Shown here piece after piece: positions 1-10,789 of a DNA stretch of 64,000 bases. The notes beneath the pieces were generated by a model, which was given only the letters and a program-made list of their open reading frames with translations, did no database searches and had not been told where the DNA came from. The first letter of the stretch is position 1. Every line of letters starts with the position of its first letter. Source of the stretch: Hyaloraphidium curvatum SAG 235-1 (taxonomy: Eukaryota > Fungi > Monoblepharomycota). The stretch covers positions 62,001 through 126,000 of the forward strand of contig JAIVFI010000033.1 of NCBI GenBank assembly GCA_025558095.1. Direction: 5' to 3'. A program made the position numbers and the translations under genes.

Positions 1-1050
1 CACACGGGGCTGCGCTGGAACACGGTGATCTTGCTCACCACGGGCTGCATCGAGGGCACGATCTGCACCGCCGAGGCGCCGGTGCCGATGACGAGGACCG
101 ACTTGCCGGTGTAGTCGTAGGACTGGTCCCAGCGCGCAGAGTGCATGAGCTTGCCCCGGAACTCGTCGAGGCCCTTGATCTCCGGCCAGCGCCAGTTGTT
201 CATAATCCCGCTGGAAGAGAAGGAATTCGAGTTGGAGACGGGTTGCGAGGGGTTCGGCGAGTTGGCAAGAAGTCGCCGGGGAACCCGTAGAAATCGTCAC
301 TTACGCGCCGTGGACGAGGACGTCGCACTCGTCCTCGAAAGGCTGGTTCGTGTTCAGATCCGTCATGAGGACCTTCGGGCGCGTTTGGTTCGATCAGCCG
401 GTTCCGCACGTCAATGCCACCATACCCCACCTTCCACTTGCCGGTCTCGTCGTTCCAGACGCACTCGTTGACGCGCGTGCTGTACTTGACGAACTTCTCC
501 ACGTTGTACTTCTTGTAGATCTTGTCGAAGTATTCCCAAATCTTGAAAATGAGAGAATCAAGGTCACAAGGGGCCGGGGGGGAGGCGGGCGACCGAACCT
601 CGGGAGAGTCGGAGTACGTCTTCGTCCAAGAGGGGTTTGGATCAAAGCTCCAGCAGTAGAGGTGGCTAGGGACATCGCAGCCGCATCCAGGGTCTGGGAG
701 AAGCGGAAAGGCGCGATGGGCAAGGCACATGACACGAGCAGAGTGAGCTGCCAGAGCTCGGGGAAGCGTACGAGAGAACTTACAGCGATTTTCGAGCCAT
801 GTCCCGCCATGTTGCGGATTCTTGTCGTAGCACATCAGCTCCACGTTGTCCATGGCCTTGTGGTTCCGTGCGAGCCCTTGGACCCGAATGGCAGAGTAGG
901 AGGCACAGGCGGCGCCGCCGATGTGGACGACCCGGATCCTCCGGTGTTTTGGGGCATCCTGCGAGGCGAGGAATCTCAGCGGAGCTTCCCGGAACAAGTA
1001 GTAAGGCCGACCTCCAAGGCCTGGTTGATGAGCGGGTCCGGGAAGGGCAT
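1..1050 (-). CDS. Baeyer-Villiger/FMO-type flavoprotein monooxygenase, 5' part (multi-exon, runs off the window start)
   Basis: Spliced translation: MPFPDPLINQALE|DAPKHRRIRVVHIGGAAC...[21 protein letters not shown]..SF. It also contains the BVMO fingerprint FRGKLMHSARWD and the NADPH motif VLVIGTGASAVQ (1-170). Several GT-AG introns. Confidence 0.9.
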
Positions 1051-1431
1051 CTTGGTTGCAGGTGCGAGCAGGGCCGCTTGCTGTGAGCCGCGGCGGCAGT
1101 ATTCGAGATTGCAACCAACGACCACAGAGCCGCAAAGTCCGAGGGGGCGAGCGGCCGGTTGGTGTCGATCGCAGAACAACCGTCCGGAGCGACCACAACG
1201 CAGAGCCGCACGGTCCGGTGCAAAAAGCAATCAGTGGCTGTAGAAAAAGGAGTTCCTTGAACGGCGCTCACGCAGGATTGGCTCGGTGCGAGTGAAGTCC
1301 GCGTGGGAGACGCGGCGCGCGCCTTTGGCGGTTTGCCGCCTGCGGCGGGCCGCCGCTCATCCGTTGCCACACCCCCGATTCGGCTTCACGGAACGACCCA
1401 AGTTGGGTATTGAATACATTTGCCCTGCTCT

Positions 1432-4400
1432 TCACTTGGATCCGGCGGCGATTGCGGCCCCGAGGACCCCGGCAGCCGCGCCCAGCCGCCCTGGCTTCAC
1501 GGAAACACCGATCGGAGCCAACGAGGCGTCGATGCCCGCCCGCACGGCGTCCCAGTAACCATCTGCAATGCCGCCCAGCACATGCAGCATGCTAGGGCGG
1601 AACGACTCGGCGAAGCCGCGGAGATAGTCGCCGAGAGTCGCGGCGAAAAGCTCCAGAGCCTCGCGCCCCGCGACGGGATCCAGATCACGAACGGCATCGG
1701 CGTCAACCACTTCAGGCGACGCCAAACCCGCGCTGCGCAGCAACGTCGCCAGACCGCGCACGCTCCAGGTGTCGTCGGCGATAACCGTTCCGCCATGGCT
1801 CTTGCGATCCAGCTCGGCTCCCCAGGCACCGATCATGCCCGCTTTCTTTATCCATGCCGCGGTGTCGACAATGCCCGAGTAGATCCACCCATTTTCTGGC
1901 ACCCCAGCCCCGCTGGAGAGCACTTTGCCGGCTTGGACGAAGCACGAGCCGAGCCCGGTTCCGAGGGTGATGGCCATCGCCTTTTGGGACCCGCCCAGAC
2001 CGGCCTCGGCGAGCCCGGCGCAAGCGGCATCGTTCTCAAATGTCCACGAGTACTTGAAATCGGCCGGCAGCAGGGGCACCAAGGCACTGGGCAGGTGGAC
2101 ACCAGAGATGGAGCAGTACTTGCCTCCTAGAGAAGGGGGCAGCATCGGAATGCCCTTGGCGTAGTCCATGGGCCCCGGGAAGGAGAATGCGAGGCGAATC
2201 TCGTGACCAGCTTCTGCCGCGCAATCTTGGATTCGGGCTGAGATCACCGCGGCGAGCTGGGAGAGCACGTCGTTCTTGCCCGCCATCGCGTCAACGTCGT
2301 CCGCGCACACGCCAGCCCCGGCCAGCTCGGTCCAGATTTCCCCCCCTTCGCTCCATTCGGAGATGACGCCGCTCTTGAGCCTCGTTCCGCCGACGTCGAG
2401 AGCCACAGTCCATGTCCTCGCAGCTTTGGTCGAATCTCCAGCGCAATGGTCAGCCCCGTGATCGCCTGGTTTGCGCATGTAGGTGGCTACGACGTGCACC
2501 TCGCCGTCTCCGACGGCCTCGAAAAAGCAGCTTCCCACTGCCGCCGGTAGGATGCAGCACTCCCCGTACTTGAGCAGCAGCTCCTTCCCATTTTTGGGCA
2601 CCAGCCTTGCCGCCTCGCCTCTCACACAGGAAAGCATCTGGAAGCCAGTTCTCCTCGTGTTCACGCGGCATCTCGCCCCCGCCGCCAGCTCATAGCGCTC
2701 AATGTCGTGCGGGAACAGCGGCTCCCCGTTGGTCAGGAGGTACCTGGTCCATCCTTTGCCGAGCGTCCGAACTCGTTCCTTCCCCCGCATGACAATCCTG
2801 TCCTTCACCCACGGTCCCCTCCTCTCCTCGCGCAGGACCTCAAAACCGCGATCGTACGAGATGGGCCTCCGCTTCCCGTCCTTGCCAGCGCGGAGGTAGT
2901 CGTAGACTTTGAACGTGTAGAGATACGGCGTCGTCGAAATCTCCAGGACAAGGTTGCCGGCGCCCGAGCAGTGAACCGTCCCAGCGGGAATAAGAAAAAG
3001 ATCCCCGGGACGGCAGGGATGCGCCTGCACGTGCTCCACCGCATCAAAGTGCTTCCCTTCCTTCTCCGCCGCAGCAACCGCTGCGAGGAAGGCGGCCCGT
3101 CGGTCGGTTCCGTCCTGCAAGCCCAAATAACACAGGGCCGACGGCGACGGAGACTCGACGACGTAGTACGATTCGTGCTGCCCGATGGGCTCGCCGAAAC
3201 GCCGCATGTAGGACGTGGGCGGGTGCACTTGTACCGACAGGTTCGACCCGCCGACCGTGTCCAAGTAGTTGAACCGCAGAGGGAGGTACTGAGAAGATTG
3301 GAGATCAGCTGCACCGTGGCTTCAAGGTCCACCGCAAACAACACACCTTTCCGTATCGCCTGGTGTTGTCACGGCCCAAGATTCCTTCGGCTTGATACTC
3401 CAACACCATGGCAAAAGGAACCTCGAGCCTGACGGGTCCGAAATCGAGCGTGCACCCGATCTCGGGCGCGACGACTTCGAAACCCCACGCAACATTGTCC
3501 CACTTTTCCATCCATCCGCTCCCGAGGCCGGGTACAAGCTCGCGCAGCCGGTTCCCTCCCCAGATGCCAGGCATGAAGAGAGATCGCGTGCGGAGCGGCG
3601 AGCTCGGCAGGGACGCGATTGCGGAAAGCAAAGCCGGCACAGACACGAACGCAACACTGTCCATCACTGATTCCGGAACCAACACCTGCTTGTCGGACGG
3701 AAGCTCCGGGGTCAAATCAAGGGGAAAGACTCCTGAAAGGTCAACCACGAGATCCGCATCGGGCAGAACGCGGTGGAGGTGGCGGTCCATGATGGGCCAG
3801 TCGAAGTAGTAGCAACGCTTGTAGCGGTACCAGGCATCGGTCTTGTAGCCCGCAGGAAGTCCATCCAAGCCTCTATGGGCTGTTCCGTTGGCCGGTCGTC
3901 CGCTCGCGTGTCCATTGACGGCGTGCCCACTTCCAGCTTCCAATGCCGGCAACGGATGAGGATCCGAGATGGGCGAGTGGAAGAAAGGCGTCATGTTGAG
4001 GGGATGATAGATATACTCGCGTGGGACCATTCCAATGACGGCGCAGTCGGCCCATTCACGAACACCGAGAGGGACCATAGCGCCGAGACCGACGACGAAG
4101 ATCGCGTCGTAACTGTTTTCGCCCCCGTAGCCTGCTTCCGCCGCCTCGACACGAGCAACCAGAGACGTCCACTTGGCGTCGTCGAAGAGCGCCTGCAGAT
4201 CGAGATCGGCGCAGACTCGTCCGAAAACTGGGTCGTCGGTCATGTACTGTTGCGCGAGCCGGGCCACATCGACATGTGGCAGCAGGGCGTCGTCCGTGCG
4301 GAGGAACAGGGTCCGCGTCGAACTTCCAGAGGTGCCGAGGCGGCTCCAGGCGCGTTCCAGACCCTCTGCAAAGATTGTAGATTGCGGCGAATGGTAGACG

Positions 4401-4567
4401 TCGACGAGACAGAGCCATGGCCGGCAAAGACGCGCGCGGGAAGCTTGGCGTCGGAACACGGAGAAAAGCGAAAAGAGCTCGGCCGCGAGGGCCGCGACGC
4501 CCTTCCCGCACGGCTCAGTGCTATCGAATGGCACAGAATGCACCGGTGAAGGGTCATATTTCGCCAT
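1432..4567 (-). CDS. Class I mannose-6-phosphate-isomerase-like (cupin) + ROK-family sugar kinase fusion, ~1025 aa, one intron (3289-3346)
   Basis: PMI motifs PGIWGG, PLRFNYLDTVGGSNLSVQVHP, ESYY, LIPAGTVHCSG and VLEISTTPYLYTFK. ROK motifs LDVGGT, FPGP, ENDA and TLGTGLGS. A 58-nt GT-AG intron joins ORFs 3305-4567 and 1432-3264 in frame. Confidence 0.85.
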
Positions 4568-4686
4568 GGTGGCACCCGGGGACGGTTCGTCGCGCCCGTA
4601 TTTGGAGCTCTCGCGGACTCGAGAACTCCAGGCGGCTCAAACAGTATCGACAACTCCAAGATCAAAGAAATCGCCCTAACTGACTT

Positions 4687-7285
4687 TCAAAGCTTTCCTC
4701 CACGTTCCCTGAGCTCGCCTCTTCTCTCTTCCGCGGCTTCCTTGTCCACGCCGCGCATTTCGTCGTCTTGCTCCTTCTCATCCGCGATCAGCTCCGCCTC
4801 CCTCTTCATGTCTTCCGCGGCCACCTGTACGGCCTCCTTGTCCTCCTTCCTCTTCGGTTGCATCGACTCGGAGCACAGCCGGGCCATCTTGAGCACGCGA
4901 AAGCTCGTACCGGCGTTGTCCCGTCGCTGCTTGCCCTCGCGGCGGAATCGCCCGATCCTCTCGACAAGCTCCCAAATGCGCCCACTCGGCCGTCCAAAAG
5001 GTTGACGGCCCCCGGGGAGGCTGAAGGTGGGGACCCAATCAGAGTGCAGCGAAATGAGCTTGCCGTCCTTGCTGTTCGGGGGCCCATCGCGCATCACAAG
5101 GATCCCGTACTCGCGCATCCTCATGACGGCGTTCTTCAGCGTCTCCTTGTTGACGGCCTCGATGCTAAGAATGTCGCCGACGTAGTACAGGGTCTGTCCC
5201 AGAAGCTGCGTCCGCGCCATGAACGTCTTTTCGTCAATCTCCAGCGTGCTGCCACCGTCGGGAGAGAGCATGAAGCAGGACAGCGAGCCAAGCCAATAGC
5301 ATTCGAGGAACGGCCACAGGAGGAAGCAGAAGAAGTCTGGACGGAGCACAAGTTAGCCTTCCGGCAAGGTCGAGATCAATCCACGAACCAAAGTTCTCCC
5401 TTCCGTTCTGCGTCTCCGTGGCCGAGAGCGTGACGTACTCGTCCCCAGAGTCCGCGTCCAGGGCGAGAACGTCGGCCTTGGCGAGCGCGTCGATGGTCTG
5501 GCGGGTAATGTCCTCGAGTCGCCCGGGTTGATAGATGAACTCGGTCTTGAGGAGCTGGCTAATGAAGGAGATGTCCTGCAGCAGGTCATCGTACAAAATG
5601 CTCCGCGGATTGTACTGCGTGCCGATGCCCTGGATCGGTAAATGTCAGCAGGTGGCCTTACACGATGACAAGGAACGCGTGCCTTGACGGTCCCATAGAG
5701 CGCGCTGCTGACGATCGAATCGGTCAAGAACACCTGGATCACCTGATTCCGGTAGAACGAGAGCTCGAACGGCTTGATGACGTAGTAAACGGGCTCCAGC
5801 AGCCCGCTCCTGGTGCCGATGAGGTCTCGCATGACCTCGATGGCCCGGTCGACAACCTGCGGCACCGACATGCCGCCAAAGTCCGCCACCTTGCCGCCAC
5901 GGGCCAGGATCTGCACGCGCAGCCATTCGAATCGCGCAATGAGCTCCTCGCGACCGACGCCTTGAGCACCGCGGAGCGTCAGGAGCACGGTGCCGACGAG
6001 TGAGGTCGGCATGATCACGGCTGCGCCGTTGATCTCCGAGAGGATCCGGAAGCCAAATGCCTGGAGCAGGATCGTGCGGTGCTCCGCATTGTTCTTCGGG
6101 TCCCAGTTGGGGCGACGTGCGCGGTCCTTCTCCTCGTTGATGAAGCTCGAGAGCAGGTACGGCTTGGCGAATCGAATGTCGATCCGACCGAGACGAAGAG
6201 ATAGGACGCTGGTGGCACCGACAACCTGCTTCAACGACTCCTTCTCCTTCTCGCTGCCGAGAAGTTCCTTCACGTAGCTCCCGGTTTCGATCACCTTGTC
6301 GTAGCCTATGTAGATGGGCACGACGACGCAGTCGGCAACGTTGCCGTTCGTGACGGCTTCTAAGATGATCTTCAAGATTCCGAACCTGGAAGTGGGTCGC
6401 CATGAACGTATTTCGACGCAATCCGTCCGGTTCAGCTCACCTGGGATTCAGAAGCTTCCCCGTCCTGCTGCGCGTACCTTCCACAAAGAACTCGATATTC
6501 TGTCCGTGCCTCAGAAGGTCCTCGACGTACTCCCGGATCACGCCCACGTAGAGCGGATCCGCGCTCCAGTTTCCCCTCTTGATCCACCACGCCCCGAGTT
6601 TCTTCAGGATCGGCCCGACGATCGGAATGTCCAAGTTGTCTCCTGCGGCGATCGCAGGGAGCGAGATTCCAAGCCGGTAGAACAGGTATGACAACACGAG
6701 GTAGTCGATATGGGACTTGTGACAGGGCAGGAACAGCAGGCTGAGTTTCTCGCGCTCGGCCTTGAGGGCCCAGCGCCGCAACTCGTTGACTTCTTCTTCC
6801 CGGAGATGAATGCCCTGCAAAGTGAAGACTGGTCAGAACACTCCCGCTCTGCCTTCCACGTGACAAGTGCCAACCTGGTGGTACAGGCGGCCGAGCACGT
6901 TGTTCATGGCCGCCGCCATTGTCCACAACCAGTTTGCCGAGTTCATGTTGGCGACGAGATTGTCCAGTATGCGGTTTGCCCGCCGGAACAGCTCCTTCTC
7001 GAGGTCCTCGAGCGGCGGGACCTTCTTCGGCGACGTGGCAAGCAACTCATCGCGCTTCCGAAGTGCCAGAGTCCGAATCAGGGTGCTCAGACGGTGGGAG
7101 CCGAGCACGGACTCGATGACCTCGGTCGTGTAGGTCGCGTAGAAGAGACGGCGGCCGATGTAGTTCTGTTCCGGGTGTCGCTCCACTGCGCCATCGGGGG
7201 GCGACGCGGTTCCGTTGGCAGCCCCGGCCAACTTCTGGAGATCGACAGTGGCATCGCGCCTCAGCGGCGGCGACGCGTCCGCCAT
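4687..7285 (-). CDS. Glycerol-3-phosphate/dihydroxyacetone-phosphate acyltransferase (PlsB/GPAT/GNPAT family), multi-exon
   Basis: Acyltransferase block I PCHKSHIDY, IAAGDNL, block III FFVEGTRSRTGK and block IV VVPIYIGYDKVIE. Introns join ORFs 6833-7285, 6437-6820, 5353-6375, 5234-5596 and 4687-5349. The start is approximate. Confidence 0.88.
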
Positions 7286-7853
7286 CGCCGATGCCTCGAG
7301 CCGGGCCGTTCAGTTTGATTTCGGTCGGGCGCGGGCTGGTCCGCCCACTCTATCAGCGCACAGGTCGCCTTTGTCCCAGGACCGTCTCCCAAGGACGATT
7401 TCTCCATCAAGACGATCAAGACCTCCAAATTGCCAGCTTAGTTCGGCCATCATCCAAGATCGCCAGGTGGACGGCATTCTAAACGGCACATGTGTGCATG
7501 AGGTTGTGCTTCTAGCCTCCTCGCCATCATCGACGGTACGTCACACTGCGCTACAACAATGGATCTAGGCATCGTATTGACCGGCATCAGTCCGCATGGA
7601 AGGTTCTGGCATCTTCCACCGAGTTCCAACATCGCGTGATCGGGGAATGGATGAGCCGGGGCCGCTTGGTCAGCGCGAACCGCCGACATCTCCAAACGTC
7701 CCCACCTATCCAGCACTACAAAAGGCCGTCTGCGGCCGGCGGAAGTGGCCATCTCGAACCACCTGAGGCACTTCAGTACCGTACCCCGTCCTGGAAGCGG
7801 GGAAGAAGCCGGAAGACTCCCAAGGACCCTCAACGCCGACAGCGCAACGAACC

Positions 7854-8354
7854 ATGCACGCCCTCCTGCACCCGTCCTCGGACTCCGAACTCTCCAGCAT
7901 CTTGGCCTCCAACCCCGGCCGCCTCGTGGTCATCGACGCCTTCGCAACCTGGTGCGGGCCATGCCGGTTCATCGCGCCGAAGTTCGAGCAGCTTCCGCGC
8001 GAGTTTCCGGAGGCGGTCTTCGTGAAAATGGACGTCGATCAGCTCCAGCAATCGGCTGCGAAGCTCGGCATCACCGCCATGCCGACCATCCTCTACTTTA
8101 AGGACGGGCAGAAGCTGACATCGGTCGTTGGGGCGGACTGGAACAAGATTTACTCGACGGTGAAGTCCAACTACATCGTTCCGCCGCCTAAGCCGGCTCC
8201 GAAGAAGGATCTGCCGCCGGTGAAGGAGACCTACGAGCAGCTCATGACCCACCCGGTCAAGGACTTGAAGCACATGCTCGAGGAGCGTGGCATAAGCTAC
8301 GCCGGACTGTTTGAAAAGTCGGAGCTGGCGATGAAGCTGCTGGAGAAGAAGTGA
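7854..8354 (+). CDS. Thioredoxin with C-terminal helix-extension-helix (SAP/ARMET_C-like) domain
   Basis: VVIDAFATWCGPCR, FVKMDVD and cis-Pro AMPT, then a Pro/Lys linker and VKDLKHMLEERGISYAGLFEKSELA. Single exon. Confidence 0.9.
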   Translation: MHALLHPSSDSELSSILASNPGRLVVIDAFATWCGPCRFIAPKFEQLPREFPEAVFVKMDVDQLQQSAAKLGITAMPTILYFKDGQKLTSVVGADWNKIYSTVKSNYIVPPPKPAPKKDLPPVKETYEQLMTHPVKDLKHMLEERGISYAGLFEKSELAMKLLEKK

Positions 8355-8626
8355 TGGCGTTTTGTGGCTACTTCTCGCTGGCCGATCTCCTGGTTCGGGG
8401 CGGCCAGTGGTATGCCGACGACGCAGGGCCTCCCACGGGATCCTCGCACAGGATCCGGCCTGCTAGCGAGGAACCTAGAGTGAATGTACAGAATTGTAAT
8501 GAATCTTGAATGTCGTTCTGATCTACAGTCGGAATGAGGTCGAGCGGACATGCGGCTCACCTCGGCTTTGGTCGTCCTCGTCCTTGCCACCAGTCTGTCC
8601 CACTCGGACCTTCAGGCTCACGAAAC

Positions 8627-10747
8627 ATGTCGGAGCCCGAGACGGCGCCCTCTTCGATGGCGCCGCAACCATCCTCCGAGTCACTAGAGGTGCCGAACGA
8701 GCCGGTGACGGCCGCGGCGGCGGACGGGGAACCGTCCGCGCCCTTGGGAGACGCAGAGCCTCGGGAGCACAGTCTGTCGACCGCGGTCGATGCTGACGAA
8801 TCGGCGCCGGCTACCATCATTGAGGACATTGCGGAACCCGTCGGACTCCCTCAGAAGGCCGACATGGAGTCCGCGGCCGGGGCGGAAGCGCCGAAGGCTG
8901 CTGCGGCACCCGGCCCCATGGACTTTGCAGAAGGAGGGTTCTACGGATGGCTCGGTGTTGCTGGTTCTTTCTTCATGCACTTTATCGTCATCGGAGCCAT
9001 TTACTGCTGTGAGCCCTCGTGCTACATTGGCGAGAGCGGAGTGCTGACTTCTCTGCTCCATTCTCTCTCACCCCTTCACCGCTGACGGCTCGCAGGGGGA
9101 GTGTTCCAAAGGTATGAGCCTACTCCTACGCTAGGATTGCCAGTTGTTCATGGCACTACTTTTAGATTCTACATCGCCCACAACACTTTCCCTGGAGCGA
9201 CAACAACGCAGCTCGCCCTCGTCGGCGCCATGTCGGCGTTTACTGGCTTCCTCTCCGGACCGATCGTGGGTGCGATATCCGTCAAGATCGGGAACAGGAC
9301 CACGGCGGCGTTAGGATCTCTGTTCTTCTGCCTCGTGTTTATCGCGGCTTCCTTCGCGAACGCGTATTGGGCTATCTTGGTCACGCAGGGCATTCTTTTT
9401 GGCTTTGCTGGAATGACAACGTGGAGTGAGTGTCTTCTACGAGACGTGGATAAGGCTCCGTAACTCAATTCGGGTTCGATCCGATCCCGCCCATTCAAAC
9501 ATCGATCAGTTCCCGCCGTGGCCATTCCCGCCTCGTGGTTCAACAAGAAACGGGGTCTTGCGATGGGGATCTGTGTTAGCGGGGCTGGGGTGGGAGGTTT
9601 GGCTCTCGGCCCGCTCACCCAGTTCTTGCTGGAGACCGTCGATTTCCGCTGGACGCTGCGGATTTGGGGCCTGGCTGGCGGCTTCATGTGCTTCCTGTGC
9701 TCCCTGACCCTTCGGCTGCGGGTGAACCCGCCGAACCAGTTTGACATTCTGAAGGTCTTCAGGCGGGGCCAGAAGCAGGAGGTTCCGGCATCGACCGCGT
9801 CGCCAGCTGGGGGGACTCCCAAGAAGAAGCCACCCATGATCGATTTCTCCCTCTTCAAGGTGCCGAAGTTTAACATTCTCTTTATGGCAGGAGTGTTCGG
9901 TGCGTGGATCCGGGGCGGAAACTGGCCTGCATTTGCTTACCTTGTTCTCCGCTCAGCCTTCTTCGGCCTGAACATCCCCTTCTTCTTCAGTGCGTACCCC
10001 AAGTGACGCAGCGCTTCAGCACTAATCTCCTTGGCCTGCAGTTCCTCAGTACTCGACGACCGTGATTGGAACGACGGCCGCCACGGCCTCGGTCGTCCTC
10101 GGGGTCGCCAACGGCGTCAGCTCCGCCGGCCGCATCGTCCTTGGTGGCGTCGCGGACCGCGTCGGGGCACAGAACGTGCTCATTACGTCGTCGGTGGTCA
10201 TCACGATCGCCATCTTCGCCTTTTGGTTGCCGGCGAGCGCTGCTGGTGTGGGCTTGCTCTTCGTGTTTGCCATCGTGTACGGTTTCTTTGCAGGTTCGTT
10301 CGGGCCGAGGAACGGGTGCGCGAGTTGAGGTTGCTAACCTGCACGATCGTTCAGGAGCGCTGCTGTCGATGATGCCCACCGTGCTCGCCTCCACCTTTGG
10401 CGTCGAGAACTTCGCCGCCAAGATGGGTCTTCTTTACGTGTCCTTCAGCCCCGGTGGCCTCGCCGGTCCACGTACGTTCTGTGGCACGCCCTAGCAGATG
10501 GCGAAGCTGACATTTTCCTCCAGCATTGGCGGGTCTCTCGTACGACCGCACGGGCTCCTTCGTCCCGATGCAGATCATGGCGGCGTGCTGCTGGATCCTC
10601 GCCGGAATCACGGTGCTCGTGCTCAGGATCATCTGCGGCCGGGAGGCCGACGCGCGGGAGCGCGAGGCGATTGAGAACCCGGAAAAAGGCGGCGTGCCGC
10701 ACGGGCACACAAAGGGAAAGAGGATCGGAAGCGTGCGCGTGATGTAG
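8627..10747 (+). CDS. MFS monocarboxylate-permease (MCH/SLC16-like) transporter, multi-exon
   Basis: EGGFYGWLGV, spliced YCWGVFQRFY, WFNKKRGLAMGICVSGAGVGG and SAGRIVLGGVADRVG, with many hydrophobic helices. Contains a 16-nt micro-exon at 9096-9111. Confidence 0.88.
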
Positions 10748-10789
10748 CCCTGCTCAACGATAGTAAACTGTCGTTACACACCAACACAC

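Noticed and set aside
7854-8500. Selenoprotein possibility for the thioredoxin (some early-diverging fungi use Sec)
   Set aside because: The active site is an ordinary TGC-encoded CGPC, there is no in-frame TGA, and I recognised no SECIS.
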